Positions 8,261 through 16,504 of a stretch of 64,000 nt of DNA are shown piece by piece. The stretch's first letter is position 1, and every line of letters starts with the position of its first letter. The DNA is taken from contig JAGWGI010000002.1 of NCBI GenBank assembly GCA_028867435.1, positions 700 through 64,699 on the forward strand, given 5' to 3'. A program made the translations under genes and the position numbers. This stretch comes from Candidatus Micrarchaeota archaeon (GTDB lineage: Archaea; Micrarchaeota; Micrarchaeia; Micrarchaeales; CABMGC01). The notes below the pieces were generated by a model. That model saw only the letters and a program-made list of their open reading frames with translations, made no database searches and had not been told where the DNA came from.

Positions 8261-10039
8261 CTAGGCGTCTGCGACCCTTATCTTCTTTTGCATCCCGAAC
8301 ATCTCTATTATTTCCTTGGTAGTTGTCGCCTCCTCTGCGCTCTTGTCGGTTCTCACGCCGTCGCTGATCAACCTTGGGAACCTGAGCGCGTATCCAGCCT
8401 CACTTCCATCATCTAGCTTCTCCATTCCGCACAGATGCATCGGTGATCTGGTTATCTCATCAGCCCTTGTTTCCACAACATACTTGGGATCAACCCAGAA
8501 GTCCGGCACCACTATCGATGCGACTCTGGCAGGCTTGGTTTTCGTCTTTGCCTTGTCGAGAAGCTTCTGCAGCTCCACCATCTGCTTTTCAGAGAATCCG
8601 GTGCCTATTCTGGTGACCGATTCGAACATGTCGGTCTTGTCATTGTAAGAAGCGCACAGCAGTCCACCGAACTTGAACTCTGCCCTCTGACCTCTTCCCA
8701 GATAATAGCCTATTATCACAAGGTCCACAGTGTCTGATAGTTCCCCCTTGTAACTTCTCTTCATTTTTATCCAGGAGAATTTCCTGGCGCCGGCCACGTA
8801 GAAGGACTCCATGTCCTTTGCGACTATACCCTCAAGCCCATTGGACACTGCGTTCTCGAAATACTTTTCCAGCTCCCTTGGCCTAGTCGCAATTATCTCA
8901 TCAGAGAGCCTGACTATCCCATTCTTGGCAACTATGTCCTCGAGCTTGCGCCGCCTCTCCTTGTAGGGCTTTGTCATATAATCCTCGCCATCGGAATACA
9001 TCAGATCGAATGCGAATACATGCAGTGGAAGCTGTGCGCTCTTCTCTTCTATTCCGTGCTTCCTCTTTCGCTGTATTGTTTCCTGGAATTGGTAGTACTC
9101 TCCAGTCACATCGTTGTAGGCAATCGCCTCCCCATCGAATATCGCGGACTTGAAGTCAAGCTCTTCCAAGGCGGCCTTCACTATTTCAGGGAACATGTGG
9201 GTGACCTTTTCTAGCCGTCTGGAGAATATCTCGACTCTCTTGCTCTTCTTGTCAACATGGACCTGAACCCTAAAGCCGTCGTACTTGCTCTCAACCGAGC
9301 ATCTGCCCCTCATCTTTTCAAGTATCTCCTCTGCAGTGGGAAGCCGCTCAGCAAGAGCTGGCCGAATCGGTTTGAAGAGCGTAACCTTGAAGTGCTCTAT
9401 AGCGCCTATCCCTCCTTCGAACAAGGCCTCCCCGACTTCGCCCAGATCGCTGCACAGGTTGTAGGCGTTCTCAAGATACGACTTCATCTTCCTCTCTCCA
9501 GTGCTGGTCTTTGAAAGAGCTTCAAGGATCGTGGCATCGCCAAGGCCGAGCCTCAGAGTGCCCATAGCAAACCTTGTTATGTACCTTGCCTCAACCGGGC
9601 TCGACGCCGCAAGCAGCTCAGACATCATCCTTATCTTGCCATCCTGGCTGCCCGGGCCTGAGGTTGTTGCTATCTTGTGGAGCATGTCAAAGACCTCAAT
9701 GAGGCTAAACTTCCTAGAACTCATCCTCCTCAGCTTTGTCTTTGCTATTGTCTGCTCTGCCGCAAGGCCCATGTCGCCTGTTTTCTTGTACGTCGCGTAC
9801 ACCTGCTCCTTCTCGTATCCCGATGCCCTTGCTATCGATTCGCTAACCAGCTTCTCGGCTATGCCTATTTCCACCCCCTCAAACGGCGGGGCGAGCACGC
9901 CTTGGGTCATATATATCAGCTTTCTTACCTCACTGGCTTTGACTTCATGGAACATCTGGGTGAGTACGTCTATCATCTCAAGCCTTGATGATATACCCTC
10001 CAGCTTGCCGTAATAACTTGAAACCGTCTCAAAGAGCAT
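8261..10039 (-). CDS. lig: ATP-dependent DNA ligase
   Basis: Adenylation motif I 'ESKYDGFRVQVH', plus 'FDGEAIA', 'LEGIVAKD' and 'SWIKMKRSYK'. The ORF is trimmed to ATG 10039 ('MLFETVSSYYGKLE'). The longer ORF to 10141 would run over the divergent promoter region. Confidence 0.9.
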   Translation of the reverse strand: MLFETVSSYYGKLEGISSRLEMIDVLTQMFHEVKASEVRKLIYMTQGVLAPPFEGVEIGIAEKLVSESIARASGYEKEQVYATYKKTGDMGLAAEQTIAKTKLRRMSSRKFSLIEVFDMLHKIATTSGPGSQDGKIRMMSELLAASSPVEARYITRFAMGTLRLGLGDATILEALSKTSTGERKMKSYLENAYNLCSDLGEVGEALFEGGIGAIEHFKVTLFKPIRPALAERLPTAEEILEKMRGRCSVESKYDGFRVQVHVDKKSKRVEIFSRRLEKVTHMFPEIVKAALEELDFKSAIFDGEAIAYNDVTGEYYQFQETIQRKRKHGIEEKSAQLPLHVFAFDLMYSDGEDYMTKPYKERRRKLEDIVAKNGIVRLSDEIIATRPRELEKYFENAVSNGLEGIVAKDMESFYVAGARKFSWIKMKRSYKGELSDTVDLVIIGYYLGRGQRAEFKFGGLLCASYNDKTDMFESVTRIGTGFSEKQMVELQKLLDKAKTKTKPARVASIVVPDFWVDPKYVVETRADEITRSPMHLCGMEKLDDGSEAGYALRFPRLISDGVRTDKSAEEATTTKEIIEMFGMQKKIRVADA

Positions 10040-10133
10040 CCAAACAACAATAGAGTTGGACAAAAATAGGTATTTGTATCTATCTAGAAATAGTACATAG
10101 AAGGATTTTGGTGCAGTTTTGGTCGGTGGGAAG

Positions 10134-11426
10134 ATGAACAACGTTTACATTCTGGTTGCTACGGTGATTGTTGCGGCCATTGCTGTTTTTGCCGCACTTG
10201 ACGCCTTTGGGACGCACGGTTCAATGGTGCCATCTACCACTTCTGCGCACACCACACTTCCAACCACCACAGCGCAACAGTCAAGCAACTCACATACGCA
10301 GTATGTGGTTGGTATGAGCACTATACGAAACGGCAAGGTTCTAGGGAACTTTTCGATAATCAACTACACCACAGTAGGCACAAGCTATTCCAATCAGACG
10401 ATAGCATACGACCCTGCGAATAATTATGTTTACTTGGCAAATTCAGGGAGCAACGTGGTGTCTGTAATGAACGGCTCGGTGGTAGTCCGGCAGATAGTGG
10501 TGGGCAGGGGTCCTGCTCTGCTGGTCTACGACCCATTGAACTCTTACATTTACTGCATTAACTATTATGATGGCTCAGTTTCTGTAATAGACGGGCTATC
10601 GGTCCTCTCCACGGTGAGTGTTGGGCGGCAGCCTGCTAGCGCGGAGTATGATCCTGCCAATGGATACGTATACATAACTGGCTACGGTTCTGGGACGGTA
10701 TCGGTGATAAACGGAACCTCGCTCAAAGCAACAATCGGGATGGGTGGGATGCCAGATGACATAATCTACGACCCATACAACCACTACATATACGTTTCAA
10801 ATGTTGGCAACAACACAGTCACGATGATAAACGGGACCGTGAGAATTGCAGGCATCTACGTTGGCCAGAATCCATTCGAGCTCTACTATAACTCGTTCAG
10901 CCATTATATCTACTCGGTGAACTACAACTCGAGCACCTTGTCGGTAATAAACGGCACATCTTACATAGCAACAATAAGCACAGGTTCAGGACCCCAGAGA
11001 ATGGCCTATGATCCTGCAAACCACTATATGTATCTGACCAACTACGGCTCTAATGATGTGATGGCAATAAACGGGACCGCAATAGCATCCACTATACTAG
11101 TAGGCAGCGAGCCAACGTACTTGATTTACGACCCTGCGAATGGCTATGTATATGTGTGCAATTCCTATGGCAACAGCATATCGGTATTGAATGGCACGAA
11201 GGTATACGGGACCGTATCTGGGATCTCTGGGCCAGGAGACTTATTTTACAACCCTGCAGACAGCTATGTATACGCATTGAGCTCGTCATATAACTATACT
11301 GCGGCAATAAACGGGACTTCACTTGTAAATACGATACACCTATCAAAGAACTGGTACTACCTATACGGAGCACTAATTAATCCAAGCAACGGAGAGCTGT
11401 ACGTCTCGTACTTTGAAAGGGGCTAG
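10134..11426 (+). CDS. Membrane-anchored YVTN-type beta-propeller repeat protein (surface protein)
   Basis: An N-terminal TM/signal anchor 'VYILVATVIVAAIAVFAAL' and a Thr-rich linker are followed by 8-9 consecutive ~40-aa repeats of the form 'YDPANGYVYV.N.GSNTVSVINGT'. Confidence 0.75.
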   Translation: MNNVYILVATVIVAAIAVFAALDAFGTHGSMVPSTTSAHTTLPTTTAQQSSNSHTQYVVGMSTIRNGKVLGNFSIINYTTVGTSYSNQTIAYDPANNYVYLANSGSNVVSVMNGSVVVRQIVVGRGPALLVYDPLNSYIYCINYYDGSVSVIDGLSVLSTVSVGRQPASAEYDPANGYVYITGYGSGTVSVINGTSLKATIGMGGMPDDIIYDPYNHYIYVSNVGNNTVTMINGTVRIAGIYVGQNPFELYYNSFSHYIYSVNYNSSTLSVINGTSYIATISTGSGPQRMAYDPANHYMYLTNYGSNDVMAINGTAIASTILVGSEPTYLIYDPANGYVYVCNSYGNSISVLNGTKVYGTVSGISGPGDLFYNPADSYVYALSSSYNYTAAINGTSLVNTIHLSKNWYYLYGALINPSNGELYVSYFERG

Positions 11427-11514
11427 TTTCCTGCTCAAACTCTGCTTGCAGTTACGCATATAAGAAGAATGAGACATGTATTTATATCCTAAAAGGCACT
11501 ATTTTGTGAGTGAA

Positions 11515-11805
11515 ATGGCTGCTGGCGAGACGAAGAGGCAGGTGGGCACTGTATTCCATTCAAAGAAAGTGGATAGGGCGTATGATAAGCATCTCAAAGA
11601 GATTGCAAGGCCGCCAACCAAGCTACTAGGCTCTGCACAAACCCCCACATTTGAGGAGCTGCTAAACAGGGGGTTTGTAAATGGAATGGAAAAGAGGGAG
11701 GAGGAGAATCGCAAGGTTAGGGAGAAGCTCAACACCATACTTACGGCAAAGAGGGAAAGGGAGGGCTGCTGGACAGGATCGATGCTGCAAGGACCAAGAT
11801 TATGA
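11515..11805 (+). CDS. Hypothetical protein (charged, helical)
   Basis: ORF 11476..11805. I prefer ATG 11515 because a TATA-like 'TTTATAT' at 11481-11487 lies downstream of the ATG at 11476. It has a 4-nt ATGA overlap with the next ORF. I recognise no domain. Confidence 0.4.
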   Translation: MAAGETKRQVGTVFHSKKVDRAYDKHLKEIARPPTKLLGSAQTPTFEELLNRGFVNGMEKREEENRKVREKLNTILTAKREREGCWTGSMLQGPRL

Positions 11806-12446
11806 AGGGTGAGATGCTGCCAGAGGAGCATAGGAAGATGTTGTTTGCTGCAGATAAGATTAAAACTTTGGCTCATGAACTGCTGATAACAATTAAGAAG
11901 ACCGATAGGGTAAAAAGATATGAAATAGAACTTGAGAGGGAGATAATATACAGATGGTGCAAGTTCTATGAGGCGGGAGGATACGCATCACAAAATGCGC
12001 CAATGTTGCCTGAGTTCAAAGATTATCCGCACAGGTTTAAGGGAATAGAGGAGTTTACAAAGTACTCCAAAACCGTATCGGGGCGGGTCTCAAAGAAAGT
12101 TGCAGCATGGTCTGATAAGGTTTACAGCTTGCCAAAAGATAAAGTTGATGCAGCAATGGAGGAGATGAAAAAAGATATCGATGCAAGGGTTACCGTATGG
12201 TGCTTAACTCCTGCCGGCAACATAGCATGTGTGGCCCTAAATAAAATGCAGGTTAGTTTAGAGCACAATTTTGTTGAGATACGAACTGCATACATTGCAA
12301 TGAGCATAACTGCAGGAATGGACAAGCTCATAACGCCAGATATCAAGCATTTAGATTGGGCGTACAAGAGGGCCCTAAATGATGAGCTTGGAAAGCAGGA
12401 AAAGGAAGCGCTTCTAAAGAAGCTTGATTCGATACTCCAGGAGTAG
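11802..12446 (+). CDS. Hypothetical protein (214 aa)
   Basis: A long ORF with a plausible mixed alpha/beta composition and no recognisable motif. It is richer in A/T and in GAT/GTT/AAA/TTG/TTA codons than neighbouring core genes. Confidence 0.5.
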   Translation: MKGEMLPEEHRKMLFAADKIKTLAHELLITIKKTDRVKRYEIELEREIIYRWCKFYEAGGYASQNAPMLPEFKDYPHRFKGIEEFTKYSKTVSGRVSKKVAAWSDKVYSLPKDKVDAAMEEMKKDIDARVTVWCLTPAGNIACVALNKMQVSLEHNFVEIRTAYIAMSITAGMDKLITPDIKHLDWAYKRALNDELGKQEKEALLKKLDSILQE

Positions 12447-12542
12447 TATTACAGGGGCATGGAAATGCAGTTTTAAATATTCTTATCGCTTGCGGTAGCG
12501 GCATACAATTTTAATTCCATTTGCCGATATGTCCTTGTTTTA

Positions 12543-13154
12543 ATGATAGAGTACATGGGCTTGAATCTTGCCACGAGCGAAAAGGTGTATGAGCCAAGCG
12601 AGGATTCATTCCTCGCAGCTGCTGCGCTACAAGACACTATCTCTGGGAGCAGAAAAGGCAGCTTGAGGGTACTTGACATTGGTACGGGAACGGGTATCCT
12701 TGGAATCCTCGCGGCCCAAAGCGCTAAGGTTAGCAAGGTCGCATTTGTGGACATCGACCCTGCGGCAATCTCACTTGCGAGAAGGAACCTGAAGAGCAAT
12801 GCGCTTGCTGCGGCACCAAAGTGCGAATTTATTCTGGGCTCGCTCTTCTCCAAAGTGCGTGGAAAATTCGACATAATCACATTCAACGCCCCGTATCTGC
12901 CAAGCGACGATGACGCGGAAACTGTGATGGCATGGAATGGGGGGAAATCTGGAGTGGAAACATGCATAGGCTTCGTGCGCCAGCTGGGGGGCCATCTTTC
13001 GGATTCTGGCAGCACGTTTTTGGTGGTTAGCAGCTTTGGGGATCTGAAAAAACTCAGAAAGGAGATACGCAGGCACGGATTCTCGTGCAAAACTTGCGCA
13101 AAAAGGCATATCTTCTTTGAGGATATCATAGTGCTTTGTATAGCCAAAAGGTGA
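12543..13154 (+). CDS. HemK/PrmC(Mtq2)-like SAM-dependent methyltransferase
   Basis: 'VYEPSEDSFL', SAM motif I 'VLDIGTGTGILG', 'FVDIDP', and a motif IV variant 'ITFNAPYLP' (NAPY in place of NPPY). Confidence 0.7.
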   Translation: MIEYMGLNLATSEKVYEPSEDSFLAAAALQDTISGSRKGSLRVLDIGTGTGILGILAAQSAKVSKVAFVDIDPAAISLARRNLKSNALAAAPKCEFILGSLFSKVRGKFDIITFNAPYLPSDDDAETVMAWNGGKSGVETCIGFVRQLGGHLSDSGSTFLVVSSFGDLKKLRKEIRRHGFSCKTCAKRHIFFEDIIVLCIAKR

Positions 13155-13158
13155 AAGG

Positions 13159-13710
13159 ATGCCAAAAGAGATAGAGATGAAGGTAATCGGCATTGACAGG
13201 CGCGAGGTCTTGGGCAGGCTCAAGGAGCTTGGAGCAAGGTATATTGGGGATTATCGGTTCAAGAGGCTCGTCGCCACGATTGACGATCGCCCTGGAAGCA
13301 TGAAATACGTGAGGCTGCGCAGCGACGGCAAGGTGCACACCCTGACCCTAAAGCAAAGGGGTAAAAAAGGAACAGATCCCGATGAATTCGAGGTAAAGGT
13401 ATCTGATTTCAAGGAGGCGGCGCGCATACTCTCCAGGATTTTTGTGCACCTGCTCTACATTGAGAGCAAACGTGAGGAGTATTCCCTTTGGAGCACACAG
13501 ATAACCATAGACAAGCTGCCGCAAATACCTCACTACATCGAGATAGAGGGAAAGAGCAGGAGGCAGATCCTAAGAGTGTACAGAAAACTTATGACAAGTG
13601 GGAAGCCATTTGGAAATGTGCCATCCTCTGCAGTGTACGAACACTATGGCCTTGATTACAAGAAGGTCGGGAATATAGTTGGGACAAAGCTGAGGAGGAT
13701 TCTGGAGTAG
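13159..13710 (+). CDS. CYTH-domain protein (CyaB/thiamine-triphosphatase-like triphosphate tunnel enzyme)
   Basis: N-terminal 'EIEMKV' (ExExK), 'VRLRSDG...TLTLK', 'EFEVKV', 'ESKREEY' and 'ITIDKLPQIPHYIEIEG'. It starts 5 nt after the upstream methyltransferase, behind a GGTGAAAGG Shine-Dalgarno-like element. Confidence 0.7.
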   Translation: MPKEIEMKVIGIDRREVLGRLKELGARYIGDYRFKRLVATIDDRPGSMKYVRLRSDGKVHTLTLKQRGKKGTDPDEFEVKVSDFKEAARILSRIFVHLLYIESKREEYSLWSTQITIDKLPQIPHYIEIEGKSRRQILRVYRKLMTSGKPFGNVPSSAVYEHYGLDYKKVGNIVGTKLRRILE

Positions 13711-13794
13711 GAAAACTATGGGAAACGAATTGTAGATAACGCTTATTAATCTGGAAATCCATTATTATAACGGGTTTATGAAAGGGGGAAGAAT

Positions 13795-14232
13795 ATGGAA
13801 GGGATATCTGAATTCATGAAGGCTGACCACGGCGAGCTGGACGACGTCTTCGAGAGTTTCAGGGTGGTGAGGGAGACAGATTCGAAGAGAGCCAAGATAC
13901 TGCTCGCGCAGCTAAGGGAGGGGCTTGGCAGGCACATCTTGATGGAAGAGAAGGTGCTGTTCCCCCTGTTCGGGGAGAGAAAAGTGGGCCGCAACTACGT
14001 CTCTGTGGCAGATCTAAACGAGCAGCATAGGAGAATAAAGGAGCTCCTCGCTCAGATAGACAAGGATTTCTCGCTGGAGAAGGAGACAGAGGACTCAGAG
14101 GCGGAACTCGAGCAGATACTAGTTGCACATGACATAATGGAGGAGCGCACAATCTACCCGTGGATAGAGAGGCATGTGGATGGCGCAGCAAAGAAGAAAG
14201 CGATGGAGAGGATATCTGAGATGAGCGACTAA
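13795..14232 (+). CDS. Hemerythrin-like (HHE cation-binding) domain protein
   Basis: 'MKADHGELDDVF', 'GLGRHILMEEKVLFPLF', 'LNEQHRRIKELL' and 'HDIMEERTIYPWIERH' form the His/Glu ligand pattern of the hemerythrin four-helix bundle. Confidence 0.7.
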   Translation: MEGISEFMKADHGELDDVFESFRVVRETDSKRAKILLAQLREGLGRHILMEEKVLFPLFGERKVGRNYVSVADLNEQHRRIKELLAQIDKDFSLEKETEDSEAELEQILVAHDIMEERTIYPWIERHVDGAAKKKAMERISEMSD

Positions 14233-16418
14233 TCTTTGCCGTTCATCCATACTGCAATCTGGCTGCCCGAGGGGTTGTGCACACTGCCCGTCAAATCGAA
14301 GCCCAAATCTTCAAGCCTCTTGATTTTTGCCTCGCTTGCTGCAGCATCAATGCCATAGAAGCCGAGTACGAGCCTGCCATTTGGAAGGACAAGCCTTAGC
14401 AGTTTTGTTATCGTGTCCGTCTCCTCTTTTTTGTCAAGGGCCCAATCATCAAGCACATTGAAGTAGACAAAGTCAAAGCGCGCAGGGAATCCCGCCGCCT
14501 CGATGCCTTCGACATCAGATGCACGCATCACTGCAAAGTTGCTGATGTGCCCAGGGAAGAGTGCCTTTGCAGTCTGTATCCTCTCAGGGTTCACATCTAT
14601 GCCATAGGGTATGAGCCTGTAGCGGCACCACTCTTCTAGGCACCTTAGGAGCAGCCCGTTTGCGCATCCGACATCTAGTATCGAGCCGTCATGGTTTATC
14701 GTACCTGCAAGGAACTCCCTCGAATCCTTCCATGACTCGTACGGCGTTATGCCAGCCTTCTCGGCGATGGCCTTGAAGTCGCTCTCCTCGACCAGCCTTG
14801 CCATCCCATCCTTGTCGTTAACAAGCTGCTCAAAAGATGCAAGCGGGGTGCCTATCTGTGGCTCCTCTGCCTGCTGGGGCTCTGCGATTTCAGGCGGGGC
14901 AGGCACAAGCTCCTCTGCTGCAGGCTCTGCGGCAGGCGCTTGGGAGTCCTGTTCGACTGTTTCATCCTTATTTTCCTCTTCGTCCTTGTAGTAAACGTAG
15001 TCGTCTTCATCTTTGAAGAACCTCCTTCTCACTATCAGTATTGCTATTGCAATCGCCACGAGTATTGCAACTGCAAGCAGCGCTATGCCAAGGAGGTTGA
15101 GGCTCGTTGAAGCATAGAGCGTCTGAGTCAGGAGGTATCCTGCAGAGTCCTGAGCATTGAACTGAATTTTGTTCTTCCCTGTTTCCGGCAAATTGATGGT
15201 GAGGTTTGAGGAGTTGGAGCTTGGAATCTTCTTGCCGTTGACGTACCAGGAGTATGTGTATGGCGCTGAGCCGTTGTATATCTGGGCGCTTAGCGACACC
15301 GAATCGTTGTTGTAGAATATGGAGCTATGCAAAGTTGCTGCAATGGGCCCAATGATTGGATCTGCGCTCACTTCTATTAGCTGATCAGGAGTTCTTGTTG
15401 ATTCCTTTGCAGAATCGATGACCTGTATGTGATAGTAGTGCACCCCTAAAGGAAGGTTGTTGCAGTTTATCCCGATCATGTACGAATCACTGTAAGTGCT
15501 GTATACGTTATTGGTGTACGTGTCGATGAAAGATGTGTAGGTATATGGGGGGGTTCCGCCGCTGACCATCGCGCTAGCATTCAACTGGCAGTTCATCCCC
15601 TTGTCAGCATATGTCTTAGGCAGGGAGTAGGTGCTAAGCTGCAGCGAAGCAAGGCTTAGACTGCCGGTGTAGAAAGAACCGTAGTAGTACTTTGAGCTCA
15701 AGTTGCCGAATTTGTATACGCTCTGCGAGTAGTATGGCAGCTGCGCTGTGGTCAGATTTGCGCTAACACTCCTGGCGCCGTCGCTATAGAGATAATTGTA
15801 GAACCAGAGCCTTGTGCCTGAAGTCAGGACGGTGTATGGCGTGTAGTTTGCAGTCTGCTCTGCAGGCTGCGAAGTGAGCAGGTGGGGCCACTGGGTCACA
15901 AGCCCTGTGGAGTAGCCGTTTAGGTTTGAGGCGGAGGAGGGGTTGCCTACGAATTTCGTTGCGCCCTCGGAGCTGTATGCTGCCTGCGCACTAGCACCGC
16001 TCTGATAGTCCTTTGCAGACATGGTCACGGTGCCCTTGTAGAACCCCAGGTAGAGCAGTATCTTATCGCTCGAGTTGACGGTTCCGTTAAGCCCCACACC
16101 CTTAACACTTGAGGAGTAGATCTCTGAGCCGCTGGGCCCGAAGACCCCGTAGACAAATCTAAAGCCGTCCTGCTGCCCGAACCAGTTGTAGGCTATCCCA
16201 GCCTGGTACTCGTAGCCGGTATTTGTGAGACCCTCTACGAAATATCCAGGGCCGTAGCCGTTAGCATCAGACTGGGCAACTGCAGTGACGTTGTAGCCGA
16301 TTGCCGTGGCATTTTGGGCGAACGTGATTCCAGCCTGGGTGTTGTAGTAGCTCTGGGCCTGCGCGCCTGTAGATAATGCAAGCACCGCTAGGATTGCCAG
16401 AACATAGAATTTATGCAT
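14229..16418 (-). CDS. Single-pass membrane protein: signal peptide, glycosylated ectodomain with two PKD-like domains, TM helix, acidic linker, cytoplasmic class I SAM-methyltransferase
   Basis: Trimmed to ATG 16418 ('MHKFYVLAILAVLALSTGAQA'). PKD-like 'GGTPPYTYTSF' and 'NGSAPYTYSWYVNG'. TM helix 'LLGIALLAVAILVAIAIAILIV'. Methyltransferase motif I 'ILDVGCANGLLL', then 'YGIDVNPERI' and 'FDFVYFNVL'. Confidence 0.7.
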   Translation of the reverse strand: MHKFYVLAILAVLALSTGAQAQSYYNTQAGITFAQNATAIGYNVTAVAQSDANGYGPGYFVEGLTNTGYEYQAGIAYNWFGQQDGFRFVYGVFGPSGSEIYSSSVKGVGLNGTVNSSDKILLYLGFYKGTVTMSAKDYQSGASAQAAYSSEGATKFVGNPSSASNLNGYSTGLVTQWPHLLTSQPAEQTANYTPYTVLTSGTRLWFYNYLYSDGARSVSANLTTAQLPYYSQSVYKFGNLSSKYYYGSFYTGSLSLASLQLSTYSLPKTYADKGMNCQLNASAMVSGGTPPYTYTSFIDTYTNNVYSTYSDSYMIGINCNNLPLGVHYYHIQVIDSAKESTRTPDQLIEVSADPIIGPIAATLHSSIFYNNDSVSLSAQIYNGSAPYTYSWYVNGKKIPSSNSSNLTINLPETGKNKIQFNAQDSAGYLLTQTLYASTSLNLLGIALLAVAILVAIAIAILIVRRRFFKDEDDYVYYKDEEENKDETVEQDSQAPAAEPAAEELVPAPPEIAEPQQAEEPQIGTPLASFEQLVNDKDGMARLVEESDFKAIAEKAGITPYESWKDSREFLAGTINHDGSILDVGCANGLLLRCLEEWCRYRLIPYGIDVNPERIQTAKALFPGHISNFAVMRASDVEGIEAAGFPARFDFVYFNVLDDWALDKKEETDTITKLLRLVLPNGRLVLGFYGIDAAASEAKIKRLEDLGFDLTGSVHNPSGSQIAVWMNGKD

Positions 16419-16504
16419 GTACCGTACCTGTTTTTGATTCTCAGTAGGGGGTTTTAACCCTTTCTTATCGAACGTTTTTCGCTTTTTTGAAGCAAAAACG
16501 AACA

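Noticed and set aside
10400-11420. 120-nt periodic repetition that could suggest a repeat array or CRISPR-like structure.
   Set aside because: The repeats are contiguous, with no spacers. They have diverged at the DNA level and correspond exactly to 40-aa propeller blades of one ORF.
11749-11805. Possible -1 frameshift fusing ORF 11515..11805 to ORF 11802..12446. The second frame is open for 27 codons upstream of its ATG and reads helically ('LLDRIDAARTKI'). A GGGAAAG heptamer lies at ~11753-11759.
   Set aside because: The heptamer sits in the frame of the downstream ORF, not the upstream zero frame, so it cannot act as an X_XXY_YYZ slippery site. A 27-codon open stretch has roughly a 1-in-4 chance of occurring randomly. 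The ATGA overlap is the standard coupling arrangement. I treat them as two genes.
12473-13165. A 230-aa minus-strand ORF (and 12771..13223) covering the same DNA as the plus-strand methyltransferase.
   Set aside because: The plus-strand frame carries clear SAM-methyltransferase motifs (VLDIGTGTGILG, FNAPY). The minus-strand translation is low-complexity, Ser/Leu/Pro-rich and has no motif. It is a typical antisense shadow ORF.
14229-14232. Convergent genes whose stop codons overlap (TAA on plus at 14230-14232; TAG on minus at 14229-14231). Also a 6-bp hairpin (2263-2268 with 2276-2281) spanning the convergent sepF and SPOUT stop codons.
   Set aside because: These are real but ordinary consequences of extreme gene packing. 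There is no evidence of a special regulatory role.
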